From Clostridia bacterium (lineage in GTDB: Bacteria > Bacillota > Clostridia > RGIG6154), in NCBI GenBank assembly GCA_045589295.1, contig JAZNOU010000001.1, positions 21,374 to 85,373 of the forward strand: a stretch of 64,000 nucleotides of DNA, read 5' to 3'. The translations under genes were made by a program, and so were the position numbers. This document shows positions 30,433 through 40,216 of this stretch, piece by piece (positions within the stretch are counted from its first letter, which is position 1; each line of letters begins with the position of its first letter). Under the pieces are notes generated by a model, which ran no database searches, was not told the origin of the DNA, and was given only the letters and a program-made list of their open reading frames with translations.

Positions 30433-30459
30433 AAAGTTACCCAAAATATTACTTTACTT

Positions 30460-30494
30460 AAAAGTCTCATAATTCAGTGAATTATGAGACTTTT
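30460..30494 (+). terminator. Terminator after the GH13 gene
   Basis: AAAAGTCTCATAATTCA/TGAATTATGAGACTTTT inverted repeat. Confidence 0.75.
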
Positions 30495-30541
30495 ATACTA
30501 TTAAATTTATTTTTCAGATTATTTAAAAATCATTTTTTGTA

Positions 30542-30568
30542 ACCAAATACCTTTTGTATCATATCATA
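30542..30568 (+). promoter_or_regulatory. Sigma-K-like promoter
   Basis: AC-16 bp-CATATCATA fits the AC-N16-CATANNNTA mother-cell consensus. Confidence 0.5.
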
Positions 30569-30590
30569 GTATTGAAAAGGAGGGAGTTTA

Positions 30591-30704
30591 ATGTCATTAT
30601 TCAGCGGATTTGACCAGGATACAATCTTGTGGTTTATCATTCTTTTCTTATTGCTTTTCTGGTGCGGAAAGGGATGTGACGACAACTGCTCACGCGGTTG
30701 CTAA
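30591..30704 (+). CDS. 37-aa Cys-rich single-TM peptide (not in ORF track)
   Basis: MSLFSGFDQDTILWFIILFLLLFWCGKGCDDNCSRGC; strong RBS AAAGGAGG. Confidence 0.8.
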   Translation: MSLFSGFDQDTILWFIILFLLLFWCGKGCDDNCSRGC

Positions 30705-30724
30705 TTAAATTTTGGAGGTAAAAT

Positions 30725-30865
30725 ATGTCAGATTTATCATGTTGCAATGGTTACAATAACAACGGAGTAGACTCATGGGTTTGGATTATAATTGCTATAA
30801 TCATTCTCATCTGGCTTTGCGGAGGCAATAACAACGGAAACATATTTGGAAGCGGCTGTTGCTAA
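30725..30865 (+). CDS. 46-aa Cys/Gly/Asn-rich single-TM peptide (not in ORF track)
   Basis: MSDLSCCNGYNNNGVDSWVWIIIAIIILIWLCGGNNNGNIFGSGCC; RBS GGAGGT. Confidence 0.8.
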   Translation: MSDLSCCNGYNNNGVDSWVWIIIAIIILIWLCGGNNNGNIFGSGCC

Positions 30866-30880
30866 TAACATCTTTTTCCA

Positions 30881-30906
30881 CGGGGCATGCTTTTGCCCCG
30901 TTTTTT
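30881..30906 (+). terminator. Terminator after the small-peptide pair
   Basis: CGGGGCA-loop-TGCCCCG followed by TTTTTT. Confidence 0.85.
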
Positions 30907-31057
30907 GTTGTTGGTTTTGTATGTTTTTTAACATTTTTTTGTGCAAAATGACGAAAAAAATATAAAAAATATAAAAGGAAACAAATATACCCATATAGAA
31001 AAGACAACGTATATTGCACTGTGGGTGCTTTATAAAAAGATAAAGGAGATGATTTTT

Positions 31058-33133
31058 TTGAAAGCGTACGAAAAACAAGACATTAGAAACGTATGCGTCT
31101 TAGGACATGGAGGTGTGGGTAAGACTTCTTTAACAGAGGCTATGCTCTTTTTAGGACAGGGCAGTGACCGTTTAGGTAAAATAGTTGACGGAAATACTTC
31201 GTCTGACTACGACGTTGAAGAAGTCAAGAGAAAAATTTCTATTTATACAACAGTTCAGCCACTCGAATGGAAAAACAAAAAAATCAATATTTTAGATACT
31301 CCGGGCTTCTTCGATTTTGAAGGAGAAGTTTTACAAGCAGCAAGAGTATCAGATGCTGCAATTATCGTTGCTACTGCAAAAACAGGTGTTCAGGTAGGAA
31401 CAGAACTTGCGTGGAAAATCGCAAATAAGAGAGATATTCCTAAGATTATATTTGTCAGCAAAATGGAAGAAGAATATGCTGACTATAATAAAGTTTTAGA
31501 CGGACTTAAAAATTCTTTTGGAAAAACCATAGCACCATTTTATGTTCCTATGTATGATGGAGATAAATTCTGTGGCTATGTTAACGTTATAAAAATGGAA
31601 GCAAGAAGATTTGAAGGAGACAAGATTGTTGATATTCCTGTTCCTGAAGAGCTTCTCCCAACAGTTGCTCCTGCAAGAGAAATGATTATTGAAGCTGTTG
31701 CAGAAACAAGTGAAGAACTTATGGAAAAATTCTTCAATGGCGAAGAATTTACAAACGAAGAAATTCAAAAAGCTATTAAACAGGGTATGAAAGAAAACAC
31801 AATTACCCCTGTACTTTGCGGTTCTGCATTTACTGCAGCAAGTATCAGAAAACTTTTAGATGCTATTATTGAATATTTCCCTTCACCTGATGAAGCTGAA
31901 GTTGAATATGCGGCAAAAGTTGACACAAGAGATGCCCTTGAAATTACCTGTGATGAAACTGCACCACTTTCTGCTATTGTATTTAAAACAATAGCTGACC
32001 CATTTGTTGGTAAACTTTCATTTGTTAAGGTTTGCTCTGGCGTGTTAAAAGCTGACTCAACTGTATTTAACCCTGACAGACAAATTGCTGAAAAAGTTGG
32101 TAAGATTTATTATATGCGCGGTAAAAAACAGATTGAAACAGATGCAATTACCGCAGGTGATATCGGTGCAATTCCAAAACTCACTCAGACAAAAACAGGT
32201 GATACTTTATGTTCACAGTCATATCAGGTTCTTTTAGATAAAATTGACTTCCCTGTTCCTCAGCTTACTTTGGCAATCCTTCCTAAAGAAAAAGGCGATG
32301 AAGAAAAAATCAGTCAGGGTCTTGCAAAAATAAGAGAAGAAGATATGACATTAAGAGTCGTTACAAACAAAGAAACAAAGCAGACCTTAATCAGTGGTAT
32401 GGGTGATTCTCACTTAGACATTATTGTTAACAAGCTTAAAGACAAATTCAAGGTTTCAGTTACTTTGGAAGAACCTAAAGTTGCATATCGTGAAGCAATC
32501 AGAAAACGTGTTGAAGTTGAAGGTAAACACAAAAAGCAATCAGGCGGACACGGTCAGTATGGTCACGTTAAAATTGCATTTGAACCTTGTGAAAGTTCAG
32601 AACTTGTATTCGAAGAAAAAATCTTTGGCGGTAGCGTTCCTAAGAACTACTTCCCTGCAGTTGAAAAAGGTCTTTTAGAATCATGTGCACATGGTGTTAT
32701 CGCAGGTTGCCCTGTTGTAAACTTAAAGGCAACACTTTTAGATGGCTCATACCATCCAGTAGACTCGTCTGAAATGGCATTTAAGATGGCCGCAAATCTT
32801 GCATTCAAAACCGGTATTGCTCAGGCAAACCCTGTTTTATTAGAACCTGTGAACAAAATCGAAGTTTATATTCCATCTTCATATATGGGCGATGTTATCG
32901 GCGATATCAACAAACGCCGAGGCAGAGTGCTTGGTATGAATCCTCAGGGTGACGGAAGTGAACAGATAATTGCAGAAGTTCCTGCAGCAGAACTTGCAAA
33001 ATATGCTATTGACCTTCGTTCAATGACTCAGGCAAGAGGCAGATTTACTCAGGAATTTGTTCGCTATGAAGAAGCTCCACCGAATGTTACACAAAAGGTA
33101 ACAGAAGAATATAAAAAGGCTCATCAGGAATAA
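31058..33133 (+). CDS. Elongation factor G-like paralogue (EF-G2 type)
   Basis: Full EF-G architecture (KKQSGGHGQYGHV, DGSYHPVDSSEMAF) with variant G motifs, outside the str operon; start TTG 31058 or ATG 31049. Confidence 0.9.
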   Translation: MKAYEKQDIRNVCVLGHGGVGKTSLTEAMLFLGQGSDRLGKIVDGNTSSDYDVEEVKRKISIYTTVQPLEWKNKKINILDTPGFFDFEGEVLQAARVSDAAIIVATAKTGVQVGTELAWKIANKRDIPKIIFVSKMEEEYADYNKVLDGLKNSFGKTIAPFYVPMYDGDKFCGYVNVIKMEARRFEGDKIVDIPVPEELLPTVAPAREMIIEAVAETSEELMEKFFNGEEFTNEEIQKAIKQGMKENTITPVLCGSAFTAASIRKLLDAIIEYFPSPDEAEVEYAAKVDTRDALEITCDETAPLSAIVFKTIADPFVGKLSFVKVCSGVLKADSTVFNPDRQIAEKVGKIYYMRGKKQIETDAITAGDIGAIPKLTQTKTGDTLCSQSYQVLLDKIDFPVPQLTLAILPKEKGDEEKISQGLAKIREEDMTLRVVTNKETKQTLISGMGDSHLDIIVNKLKDKFKVSVTLEEPKVAYREAIRKRVEVEGKHKKQSGGHGQYGHVKIAFEPCESSELVFEEKIFGGSVPKNYFPAVEKGLLESCAHGVIAGCPVVNLKATLLDGSYHPVDSSEMAFKMAANLAFKTGIAQANPVLLEPVNKIEVYIPSSYMGDVIGDINKRRGRVLGMNPQGDGSEQIIAEVPAAELAKYAIDLRSMTQARGRFTQEFVRYEEAPPNVTQKVTEEYKKAHQE

Positions 33134-33969
33134 TACATAATAAAAAAAGCTGAAACTTTTGCTTCAGCTTTTTTTATTGCATCTAAATTCTTAAAACTAT
33201 ATCCCATTTCTTTCCATTTGGTTAAAAGTTCATCCATAATTTCTGCGTTGGTTTTTGAGGTTGAGTGTAATAGAACTATCGCCCCTGGATGAATTCTTGT
33301 CAATAGCTTTGAAAAAGCCTCTTCTTTGGTTGGTTGCTTATTTTCGTACCAATCTACATATGCTAAAGACCAAAAAAATGTTTGATATCCCATAGAATTT
33401 GCGAGTTTTAAATTTTCTTCACTGAACTTTCCTTGGGGTGGACGGTAAACTTTAAGCATTTCTTTGCCCGTTACTTCCTTATAATCATTTTCCAAAGCTG
33501 CAATTTCTTTTGAAAAATCTTCTGCTGAAGATATTTTTGACATATCGGGATGCGTCTTTGTGTGATTGCCTACAATGTGCCCTTCTGAGACCATCCTTTT
33601 AACAAGGTCTGGATTTTTCTCAATAAAATTCCCTACTAAAAAGAAGGTTGACTTTACATTATGCTTTTTCAGTGCATCTAAAATCGGTGCGGTATTTCCG
33701 TTATCATATCCAGCATCAAATGTTAAGTATATTACCTTTTCATCTGTTGGCACATGGTAATAAGCATTATATTCTTTAAGAAAATCCGCATCTGCATTTC
33801 CTTGAGGTGTCTTTCCGTTCTCGTGATAAGAAAGTCCCCAGTCATTTTTTGACGTTGATAAAATGCTCGGGTTTACGTCAGAATTAAATGCTGTAAAACA
33901 ACAAACAAGTGCAAATGTAAGCATAAATGCGGTGATTTTTAATTGTTTCTTTGTAAATAACAGTATCAT
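33124..33969 (-). CDS. pdaA: Polysaccharide deacetylase, PdaA-like (muramic delta-lactam)
   Basis: IYLTFDAGY, GNHTKTHPDM, RPPQGKFS, FWSLAYVDW, LLHSTSKTN. Confidence 0.8.
   Translation of the reverse strand: MILLFTKKQLKITAFMLTFALVCCFTAFNSDVNPSILSTSKNDWGLSYHENGKTPQGNADADFLKEYNAYYHVPTDEKVIYLTFDAGYDNGNTAPILDALKKHNVKSTFFLVGNFIEKNPDLVKRMVSEGHIVGNHTKTHPDMSKISSAEDFSKEIAALENDYKEVTGKEMLKVYRPPQGKFSEENLKLANSMGYQTFFWSLAYVDWYENKQPTKEEAFSKLLTRIHPGAIVLLHSTSKTNAEIMDELLTKWKEMGYSFKNLDAIKKAEAKVSAFFIMYYS
33139..33178. terminator. Bidirectional terminator-like hairpin between EF-G2 and pdaA
   Basis: AAAAAAAGCTGAA/TTCAGCTTTTTTT. Confidence 0.7.
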
Positions 33970-34069
33970 TTTTCCACCTCATAACAATTATATAAAATAC
34001 TATGCCATGATTGAAAAAATTATGATAATATGATATACTTAAACAAACTACAAAAAAAGGAAGATAGCT

Positions 34070-34654
34070 ATGGCTAAGAGAAATGATAAAAATACAAAAG
34101 GCAAAATAATAAATGCTGCATGGGACTTATTTTATGAACAGGGATATGAATATACTACTGTTGAGGAAATAATTGAAAAGTCCGGAACATCAAAAGGTTC
34201 TTTTTATCACTACTTTGAAGGAAAAGATGCCCTACTCGGCTCACTTTCATATATTTTTGATGAAGAATATGAAAAACTTTCAAAAAGCATGCCCGAAAAT
34301 ATGTCCTCATTCAATATGCTTTTGTATTTAAATTCAGAATTATTTGCCACTATTGAAGACAGAATTGATATTGACCTCCTAACCAGACTCTATTCAACAC
34401 AACTTATCACCAAAGGTGAAAAACACCTTTTGGATAACAAGCGTCTTTACTACAAGCTTTTACGCAAAATTGTCTTAGACGGTCAAAAATCAGGCGAACT
34501 TACAAACGAAATGACAGTAAACGAAATTGTAAAGCTTTATGCAATGTGCGAACGCGCACTGATTTACGACTGGTGCCTGTGTGGCGGTGAATACTCATTA
34601 TGCAGTTACGCAAAAAAGGTAATGCCTATGTTTATGGCTAAAATTCGTACTTAA
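34070..34654 (+). CDS. TetR/AcrR family regulator
   Basis: AWDLFYEQGYEYTTVEEI...SKGSFYHYFEGKD HTH. Confidence 0.93.
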   Translation: MAKRNDKNTKGKIINAAWDLFYEQGYEYTTVEEIIEKSGTSKGSFYHYFEGKDALLGSLSYIFDEEYEKLSKSMPENMSSFNMLLYLNSELFATIEDRIDIDLLTRLYSTQLITKGEKHLLDNKRLYYKLLRKIVLDGQKSGELTNEMTVNEIVKLYAMCERALIYDWCLCGGEYSLCSYAKKVMPMFMAKIRT

Positions 34655-34702
34655 AAACGTCTTTATAGTTTTTCCTTATGTAAGGCTATCTGAAATATTT
34701 AT

Positions 34703-34746
34703 ATAGAGAATTAAGTACAGACTATAGTCTGTACTTAATTCTCTAT
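34703..34746. repeat. Perfect 44-bp palindrome abutting the putP -35 element
   Basis: ATAGAGAATTAAGTACAGACTA|TAGTCTGTACTTAATTCTCTAT. Confidence 0.9.
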
Positions 34747-34774
34747 TGATTTTTGTTAAATTGTGTGCTAAAAT
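34746..34774 (+). promoter_or_regulatory. Sigma-A promoter of putP
   Basis: TTGATT-17 bp-TAAAAT with extended -10 TG. Confidence 0.6.
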
Positions 34775-34816
34775 GTTAAAAGTGCAAAACATATTACTTA
34801 AAAAGGAGATTAAATT

Positions 34817-36349
34817 ATGGATATTTTAGCTTTTGCATTATACTTTGTGGCAATGATTGTCATAGGTATATACTTTTTCTTTAAATCAAAGGTTGCTACC
34901 GACAAAGATTACTTCCTTGGTGGTCGCGCAATGGGCCCATGGGTTACCGCAATGAGTGCTCAAGCATCTGATATGAGTGCGTGGCTCTTAATGGGCTTAC
35001 CGGGAAGCATTTTGGCTTTTGGTTTCGGTCAGGCTTGGATTGGTATTGGTCTTGCAATCGGTACTGCTGCTAACTGGATTTTGGTTGCAAAAAGACTGCG
35101 TAAGTTTTCAAAAGCTTCCGGAGATGCTATAACACTTCCCCAGTATCTTTCAAACAGATTTTTATCAAAGAGCCACACATTAAGTATCATCTGTGCAATC
35201 GTATTTTTGGTATGCTTTACAATTTATGTTGCATCTGCTTTCGTTGCAGGATCTGACGTATTCACAACTTTAGTTCCCACCCTTAATCCTTCAACTGCTA
35301 TGATTATCTTTGCTGCCATCGTTGTTGTTTACACATTTTTAGGTGGTTTTAATGCAGTTTGCTGGACCGACTTCTTCCAGGGCCTTTTAATGCTTGGTGC
35401 ACTTTTAATTGTCCCTGTCGTTATTGGTTTCACAAGGACTCTTGAGCCAGCTGCTCTTACTACTACATACTTAGGCCCAAACGGCGAAGAATTTAAGTTT
35501 GTTGCAAATTTCTTCAATGCAAGCTGGCAAGATGTTTTATCAGGTCTTGGTTGGGGATTAGGCTACTTTGGTATGCCTCATATCATTGTAAGATTTATGG
35601 CTATTGAAAAGCCTTCTATGGTTAAAAAAAGTGCAACTGTTGCAATAATCTGGGTTATTCTTTCACTTGGTGCAGCAATTGTTATTGCTTACCTCGGCAG
35701 AATGTTTGTTTATTCAAACGGAACAGACCTTTCAGAAGTATTACTTGCTCAGGGTAAGCAGTCGCTTATCTTTGTAGAGCTGGCGCGTGACGTTTTCCCT
35801 GCTTTCATTGCAGGACTTCTCCTTGCCGCAATTATTGCTGCGTCAATGTCAACTGCTGACTCTCAACTTCTGGTTGCAGCATCTTCATTTGCAAGTGACC
35901 TTTACAAGCCGATTATCAGAAAAAATGCTTCAAACAAAGAAATGCTTTGGGTTAGTCGTATTATAGTTTTTGTTATTGCTGTTGTTGCTTACTTTATAGC
36001 AAGTAGCGAAGGCGAAGCTGCTCAGGCTATTATGAATCTGGTTTCAAATGCTTGGGGTATTTTTGGTGCAGCTTTTGGTCCTGCAGTTCTTTTATCACTT
36101 TTCTGGAAGAGATTTACATACAAAGGTGCAGTTGCAGGTATCGTTGTAGGAGCTGTTGTTGATATGGCATGGCTCTGGCTCCCAATTGCAGGAAGCACAC
36201 TTACAGCAATTACAGGTGTTTATGAAATTATTCCAGGTTTCATCATTGGCGGTATTGCAGCAATAGTTGTTACTTTGATTGACAAAGCTCCTTCACAGGA
36301 AGTTTTAGCTATCTTTGCAAAGGCAACCGACAATTCAATTGATGACTAA
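34817..36349 (+). CDS. putP: Sodium/proline symporter (SSS family)
   Basis: DYFLGGR, SAQASDMSAWLLMGLPG, GLGYFGMPHI, MSTADSQLL. Confidence 0.9.
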   Translation: MDILAFALYFVAMIVIGIYFFFKSKVATDKDYFLGGRAMGPWVTAMSAQASDMSAWLLMGLPGSILAFGFGQAWIGIGLAIGTAANWILVAKRLRKFSKASGDAITLPQYLSNRFLSKSHTLSIICAIVFLVCFTIYVASAFVAGSDVFTTLVPTLNPSTAMIIFAAIVVVYTFLGGFNAVCWTDFFQGLLMLGALLIVPVVIGFTRTLEPAALTTTYLGPNGEEFKFVANFFNASWQDVLSGLGWGLGYFGMPHIIVRFMAIEKPSMVKKSATVAIIWVILSLGAAIVIAYLGRMFVYSNGTDLSEVLLAQGKQSLIFVELARDVFPAFIAGLLLAAIIAASMSTADSQLLVAASSFASDLYKPIIRKNASNKEMLWVSRIIVFVIAVVAYFIASSEGEAAQAIMNLVSNAWGIFGAAFGPAVLLSLFWKRFTYKGAVAGIVVGAVVDMAWLWLPIAGSTLTAITGVYEIIPGFIIGGIAAIVVTLIDKAPSQEVLAIFAKATDNSIDD

Positions 36350-36361
36350 AAATTATTATTT

Positions 36362-36395
36362 AAGAGAAATGGCAAATCGCCATTTCTCTTTTTTT
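36362..36395 (+). terminator. Terminator of putP
   Basis: AAGAGAAATGGC/GCCATTTCTCTT plus T-run. Confidence 0.8.
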
Positions 36396-36457
36396 GTTGA
36401 TTTTTATTATGCTTTTTGCTATAATTAATTAAATTGATATTTTAAGCGAGGCATTAG

Positions 36458-38350
36458 ATGATACTTTTAAACACTTCTAAAATTTCAAAATCATACGGTG
36501 AAACTGTTATCCTTTCCGACATTTCTTTCGGTGTCACAGACAACGACAAAATCGGAATTTTAGGCGTTAACGGTGCGGGAAAGTCTACCCTTTTTAAAAT
36601 TTTGACCGAAGAAATTTCACCAGACAGCGGTGAAATTTACAAAGCAAAACAACTTAAAATTGCTTGCATGGAGCAGCATATGGAAGCCTTTTCCGAAAAC
36701 ACTGCCTACGACGAAGTTTTAGATGTATTTTCCGAACTAATTAACCTTGAAAAAGAGATTTCTTCCCTTCAAAAAGAGCTTGAAACAAACCACGATGAAA
36801 ATATTATCAACAGGTTCCACACTTTAAATCAAAAGTTTATTGATTGTGGCGGTCTTACCTATAAATCGATGGTAAACTCAACTCTTTCCGGTCTTGGTAT
36901 CACCGACGAGCAAAAACATATGCCGCTTTCAAAATTAAGTGGTGGTCAAAGAACCCGTGTTATGCTTGCTAAAATTCTTTTACAGGATGCCGATATTCTG
37001 CTTTTGGACGAACCTACCAACCATTTGGATATTGATGCAGTTACCTGGCTTGAAGATTTTTTAAATTCTTACAAAGGTTCAATAATGGTTGTAACCCATG
37101 ACAGATATTTTTTAGACAAAGTTACAAACAAAATTTTTGAAATTGAAAACCACAAATTAAAAGAATACAATGGAAATTACAGCTATTACCTTACTAAAAA
37201 GCAAGCAGATCAAGAAGCCTTAGAAAAAGACTATGAATTAAAGTCAAAAGAAATCAAACGCTTAGAGGGTATAATCAAGCAACAAAAGCAATGGAACAGA
37301 GAAAAAAACATCAAAACCGCCGAAAGCAAGCAAAAGGTTATTGACAGGATAGAAAAAACAATGGTTGCACCTGAAAAAACTTTAGACTCCGTTTCTTTCA
37401 GACTTCCTCAACCTGATGAATGTGCAAAAGATGTTCTTTGTTGCACAAATCTTTCAAAATCATTTGACAAGCCTGTTTTTTCCGATATAAATTTGGATAT
37501 CAAAAACGGTGAAAAAGTATTTTTAATGGGTGCAAATGGCACAGGTAAAACTACACTTTTTAAAATCATCTTAGGGCTTATGCGTGCTGACAACGGCAAA
37601 GCAATTTTAGGTTCAAGAGTGAGGCCTGCATACTATGACCAGATGCAATCTGACTTAAACCCAAGCAAGACAATATTTGATGATGTTCACGATTTTCTTC
37701 CAAAGCTCGACAACACTACAATCCGTAGTGCACTTGCACTCTTTTTGTTCAAAGGCGAAGATGTATTCAAAGAAATTTCAACATTAAGTGGTGGCGAAAA
37801 AGCCAGAGTATCTTTAGTTAAACTAATGCTCTCAAAGGCAAACTTTTTGCTTTTGGACGAGCCAACAAACCATTTGGACATTGCCTCAAAAGAGGCTTTA
37901 GAAAACGCGCTAAAAGATTATAGCGGAACACTGTTAATAATTTCTCACGACAGATATTTTATTAACAAACTTGCCGACAAAATATACGAACTAACCCCAA
38001 ACGGAGAAAAGCTTTATGATGGTGGATATGATTACTATATCCAAAAGCGTCAAACCTTTACTCCATCCCCCCAAGCAGAAAAACCAAAGCAAAACGATTA
38101 CAAGCTTGCAAAAGAGCTGGAGTCTCAAAAAAGAAAGTTAAAAACCAAAGTTGCCCGTTTGGAAGAAGCAATTTCTACACTTGAAAATGAAATTGAAGCT
38201 TTAAATAACGAACTGTTAAGCCCAGACCTTGCAAGCGACTATCAGGCTTTGACTGAAAAAACAGATTTGTTAAACCAAAAGCAGTCAGAGTTGGAAGAAA
38301 AAATAACCGAGTGGGAAATTTCATTAGAAAACCTTGAAGAATTTGAATAA
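36458..38350 (+). CDS. ABC-F family ATPase (YdiF/Uup-like)
   Basis: Two NBDs (GVNGAGKS, GANGTGKT, LSGG, LLDEPTNHLD), no TM segments, C-terminal coiled coil. Confidence 0.93.
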   Translation: MILLNTSKISKSYGETVILSDISFGVTDNDKIGILGVNGAGKSTLFKILTEEISPDSGEIYKAKQLKIACMEQHMEAFSENTAYDEVLDVFSELINLEKEISSLQKELETNHDENIINRFHTLNQKFIDCGGLTYKSMVNSTLSGLGITDEQKHMPLSKLSGGQRTRVMLAKILLQDADILLLDEPTNHLDIDAVTWLEDFLNSYKGSIMVVTHDRYFLDKVTNKIFEIENHKLKEYNGNYSYYLTKKQADQEALEKDYELKSKEIKRLEGIIKQQKQWNREKNIKTAESKQKVIDRIEKTMVAPEKTLDSVSFRLPQPDECAKDVLCCTNLSKSFDKPVFSDINLDIKNGEKVFLMGANGTGKTTLFKIILGLMRADNGKAILGSRVRPAYYDQMQSDLNPSKTIFDDVHDFLPKLDNTTIRSALALFLFKGEDVFKEISTLSGGEKARVSLVKLMLSKANFLLLDEPTNHLDIASKEALENALKDYSGTLLIISHDRYFINKLADKIYELTPNGEKLYDGGYDYYIQKRQTFTPSPQAEKPKQNDYKLAKELESQKRKLKTKVARLEEAISTLENEIEALNNELLSPDLASDYQALTEKTDLLNQKQSELEEKITEWEISLENLEEFE

Positions 38351-38413
38351 AAGTATTGCACAAACTATACATTTATGGTAAAATTAACATATAAAAGCAA
38401 TAGAGGTGTTAAA

Positions 38414-39268
38414 ATGGCTTCATTAAAAGATATTTTATATGTTATTGAAAAAAACACAAAAATAAACATCTACATTCAGGATTTATCAGGTATTTTTTCA
38501 AACGAACTTTGTGACGTTGAGCCTATAAACAAATCGTATCACTCAAATCTTTATACATTTTTGGGTCAATGTAAAAAATACGATGATTGCAGAAATTTTG
38601 TTAAAGACATTTCTGCCAAAACTCTCCCATTTATAAGGCAGTGCCCCTGCGGTATGAATGAGGCTGTCTACCCTGTTGTTTATGATGGTAAGTTGAAATG
38701 TATTTTATACGCTGAAAACTTCACAACCGACAAAGACAATTCAATCTCATTACTACAAGAATTTTGCAATGGAAATTTTGAGCAAGCAAAGAACATTTTA
38801 GATAACCTTCCTCAACAAGATGATATATTACAAATTTTGAAAGTGATTTCGACCTACATTGTGCTTTTTCTTAAAAATTTCAGCTTTGCAGAAGAAAAAA
38901 AGAACGTCAGCAATTCTCATTGGGTTGTTCACAATTTAATAAGACACATAGAAAACGAATATTTCAAGGATATTAACATAAAGCAGTTAGCTTCACTTTA
39001 TGGCTTTAATGAAAAATACCTCGGAAGGATTTTTAAATCTGAAACATCAAAAACATTCCATGAATATTTAAACTCTGTACGTTTAAACAAAGCAATTGAA
39101 ATGTTGGAAAACAGTGAAGAAGCCGTTGTTAAAATTTCTAAAAAATGCGGTTTTAATAACGTCACATACTTTAACCGAATATTCTATAAGATTTATGGAA
39201 AAACCCCGCTGGAGTATAGAAAATCTAAATCAGGTCGCTTCTGGGACAAGCATTCATATCTTTTGTAA
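38414..39268 (+). CDS. AraC-family regulator with PocR-like sensor domain
   Basis: CPCGMNEAVYPV in the N-terminal part; C-terminal YLGRIFK...CGFNNVTYFNRIF HTH. Confidence 0.85.
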   Translation: MASLKDILYVIEKNTKINIYIQDLSGIFSNELCDVEPINKSYHSNLYTFLGQCKKYDDCRNFVKDISAKTLPFIRQCPCGMNEAVYPVVYDGKLKCILYAENFTTDKDNSISLLQEFCNGNFEQAKNILDNLPQQDDILQILKVISTYIVLFLKNFSFAEEKKNVSNSHWVVHNLIRHIENEYFKDINIKQLASLYGFNEKYLGRIFKSETSKTFHEYLNSVRLNKAIEMLENSEEAVVKISKKCGFNNVTYFNRIFYKIYGKTPLEYRKSKSGRFWDKHSYLL

Positions 39269-39358
39269 TTTTTACCGGGCTTCTTGCCCGGTTTTTACTT
39301 GCCAAAACAATTTTTACGTGCTATAATTTTTATGGATTTAATTTTAGGATGTGATTTT

Positions 39359-40207
39359 TTGACCTGGGTTTATTTAGTAATGCTCTACAGCATTATAAAA
39401 GGTATACGTGAAGTTTTAAAAAAGAAATCTTTGCAGATAAATACACTTGCTGAGGTTTTGTTCTTTCACACCCTCTTAGGATTTATTCTTGTTATTCCAA
39501 CTTGTACACAAGAAGTATTTAACATCACATTAGGTCAGTTTTTTATGATTTTTGTAAAATCATCTGTAGTCTTTATGGCTTGGATTTTATCATTTACTTC
39601 CATAAAACATACCCCGATAAGTATTGTGGGAATTATTGATATGAGCAGCATTGTTTTTTCAACACTTCTGGCTTTGATATTTCTTGGCGAAGAAATGACA
39701 GTGACAAATACAATAGGATTTTTTCTTGTAGTTTTGGGTGTATTTCTGGTTAACTTCAAAAGGGGTAAAAAAAGTGAACAGGTGAAACCCTTTTACATCT
39801 TTTTAATGCTTACTTCTTGCCTTTTTAACTCAACCTCAGGACTTATTGACAAAATTGCCATGAAGCAAATGACAAGTGCACAGGTGCAGTTCTGGTTTAT
39901 GCTCTTTTTAAGTGTTTTCTATCTTTTGTTCCTGCTTGCAAATCAGGGCAAAAATGTTAATTTCAAAGCAGTTGTAAAAAACAAATATATATGGATTTTA
40001 AGTATAATTTTCATTATCGGTGACCGCGCACTTTTTATTGCAAACGCTAACCCTGAAAGCCAAGTCACTATAATGACTTTAATAAAACAGTCCTCTGTTT
40101 TTGTGGTTGTGCTTTTAGGAAAATTTATTTTTAAAGAAAAAAATATTGCCTACAAATCACTTTGTGCAAGTATAGTTATCTTAGGCGTTTTTATTTCTCT
40201 GGTTTAA
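39359..40207 (+). CDS. DMT/EamA family transporter
   Basis: About 10 TM helices with IFLGE and FIFKEK repeat-end motifs; start uncertain. Confidence 0.8.
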   Translation: MTWVYLVMLYSIIKGIREVLKKKSLQINTLAEVLFFHTLLGFILVIPTCTQEVFNITLGQFFMIFVKSSVVFMAWILSFTSIKHTPISIVGIIDMSSIVFSTLLALIFLGEEMTVTNTIGFFLVVLGVFLVNFKRGKKSEQVKPFYIFLMLTSCLFNSTSGLIDKIAMKQMTSAQVQFWFMLFLSVFYLLFLLANQGKNVNFKAVVKNKYIWILSIIFIIGDRALFIANANPESQVTIMTLIKQSSVFVVVLLGKFIFKEKNIAYKSLCASIVILGVFISLV

Positions 40208-40216
40208 GGAGGAAAT

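Noticed and set aside
30773-31078. Minus-strand 101-aa and 70-aa ORFs
   Set aside because: They overlap the better-supported plus-strand peptide gene, its terminator and low-complexity A/T runs
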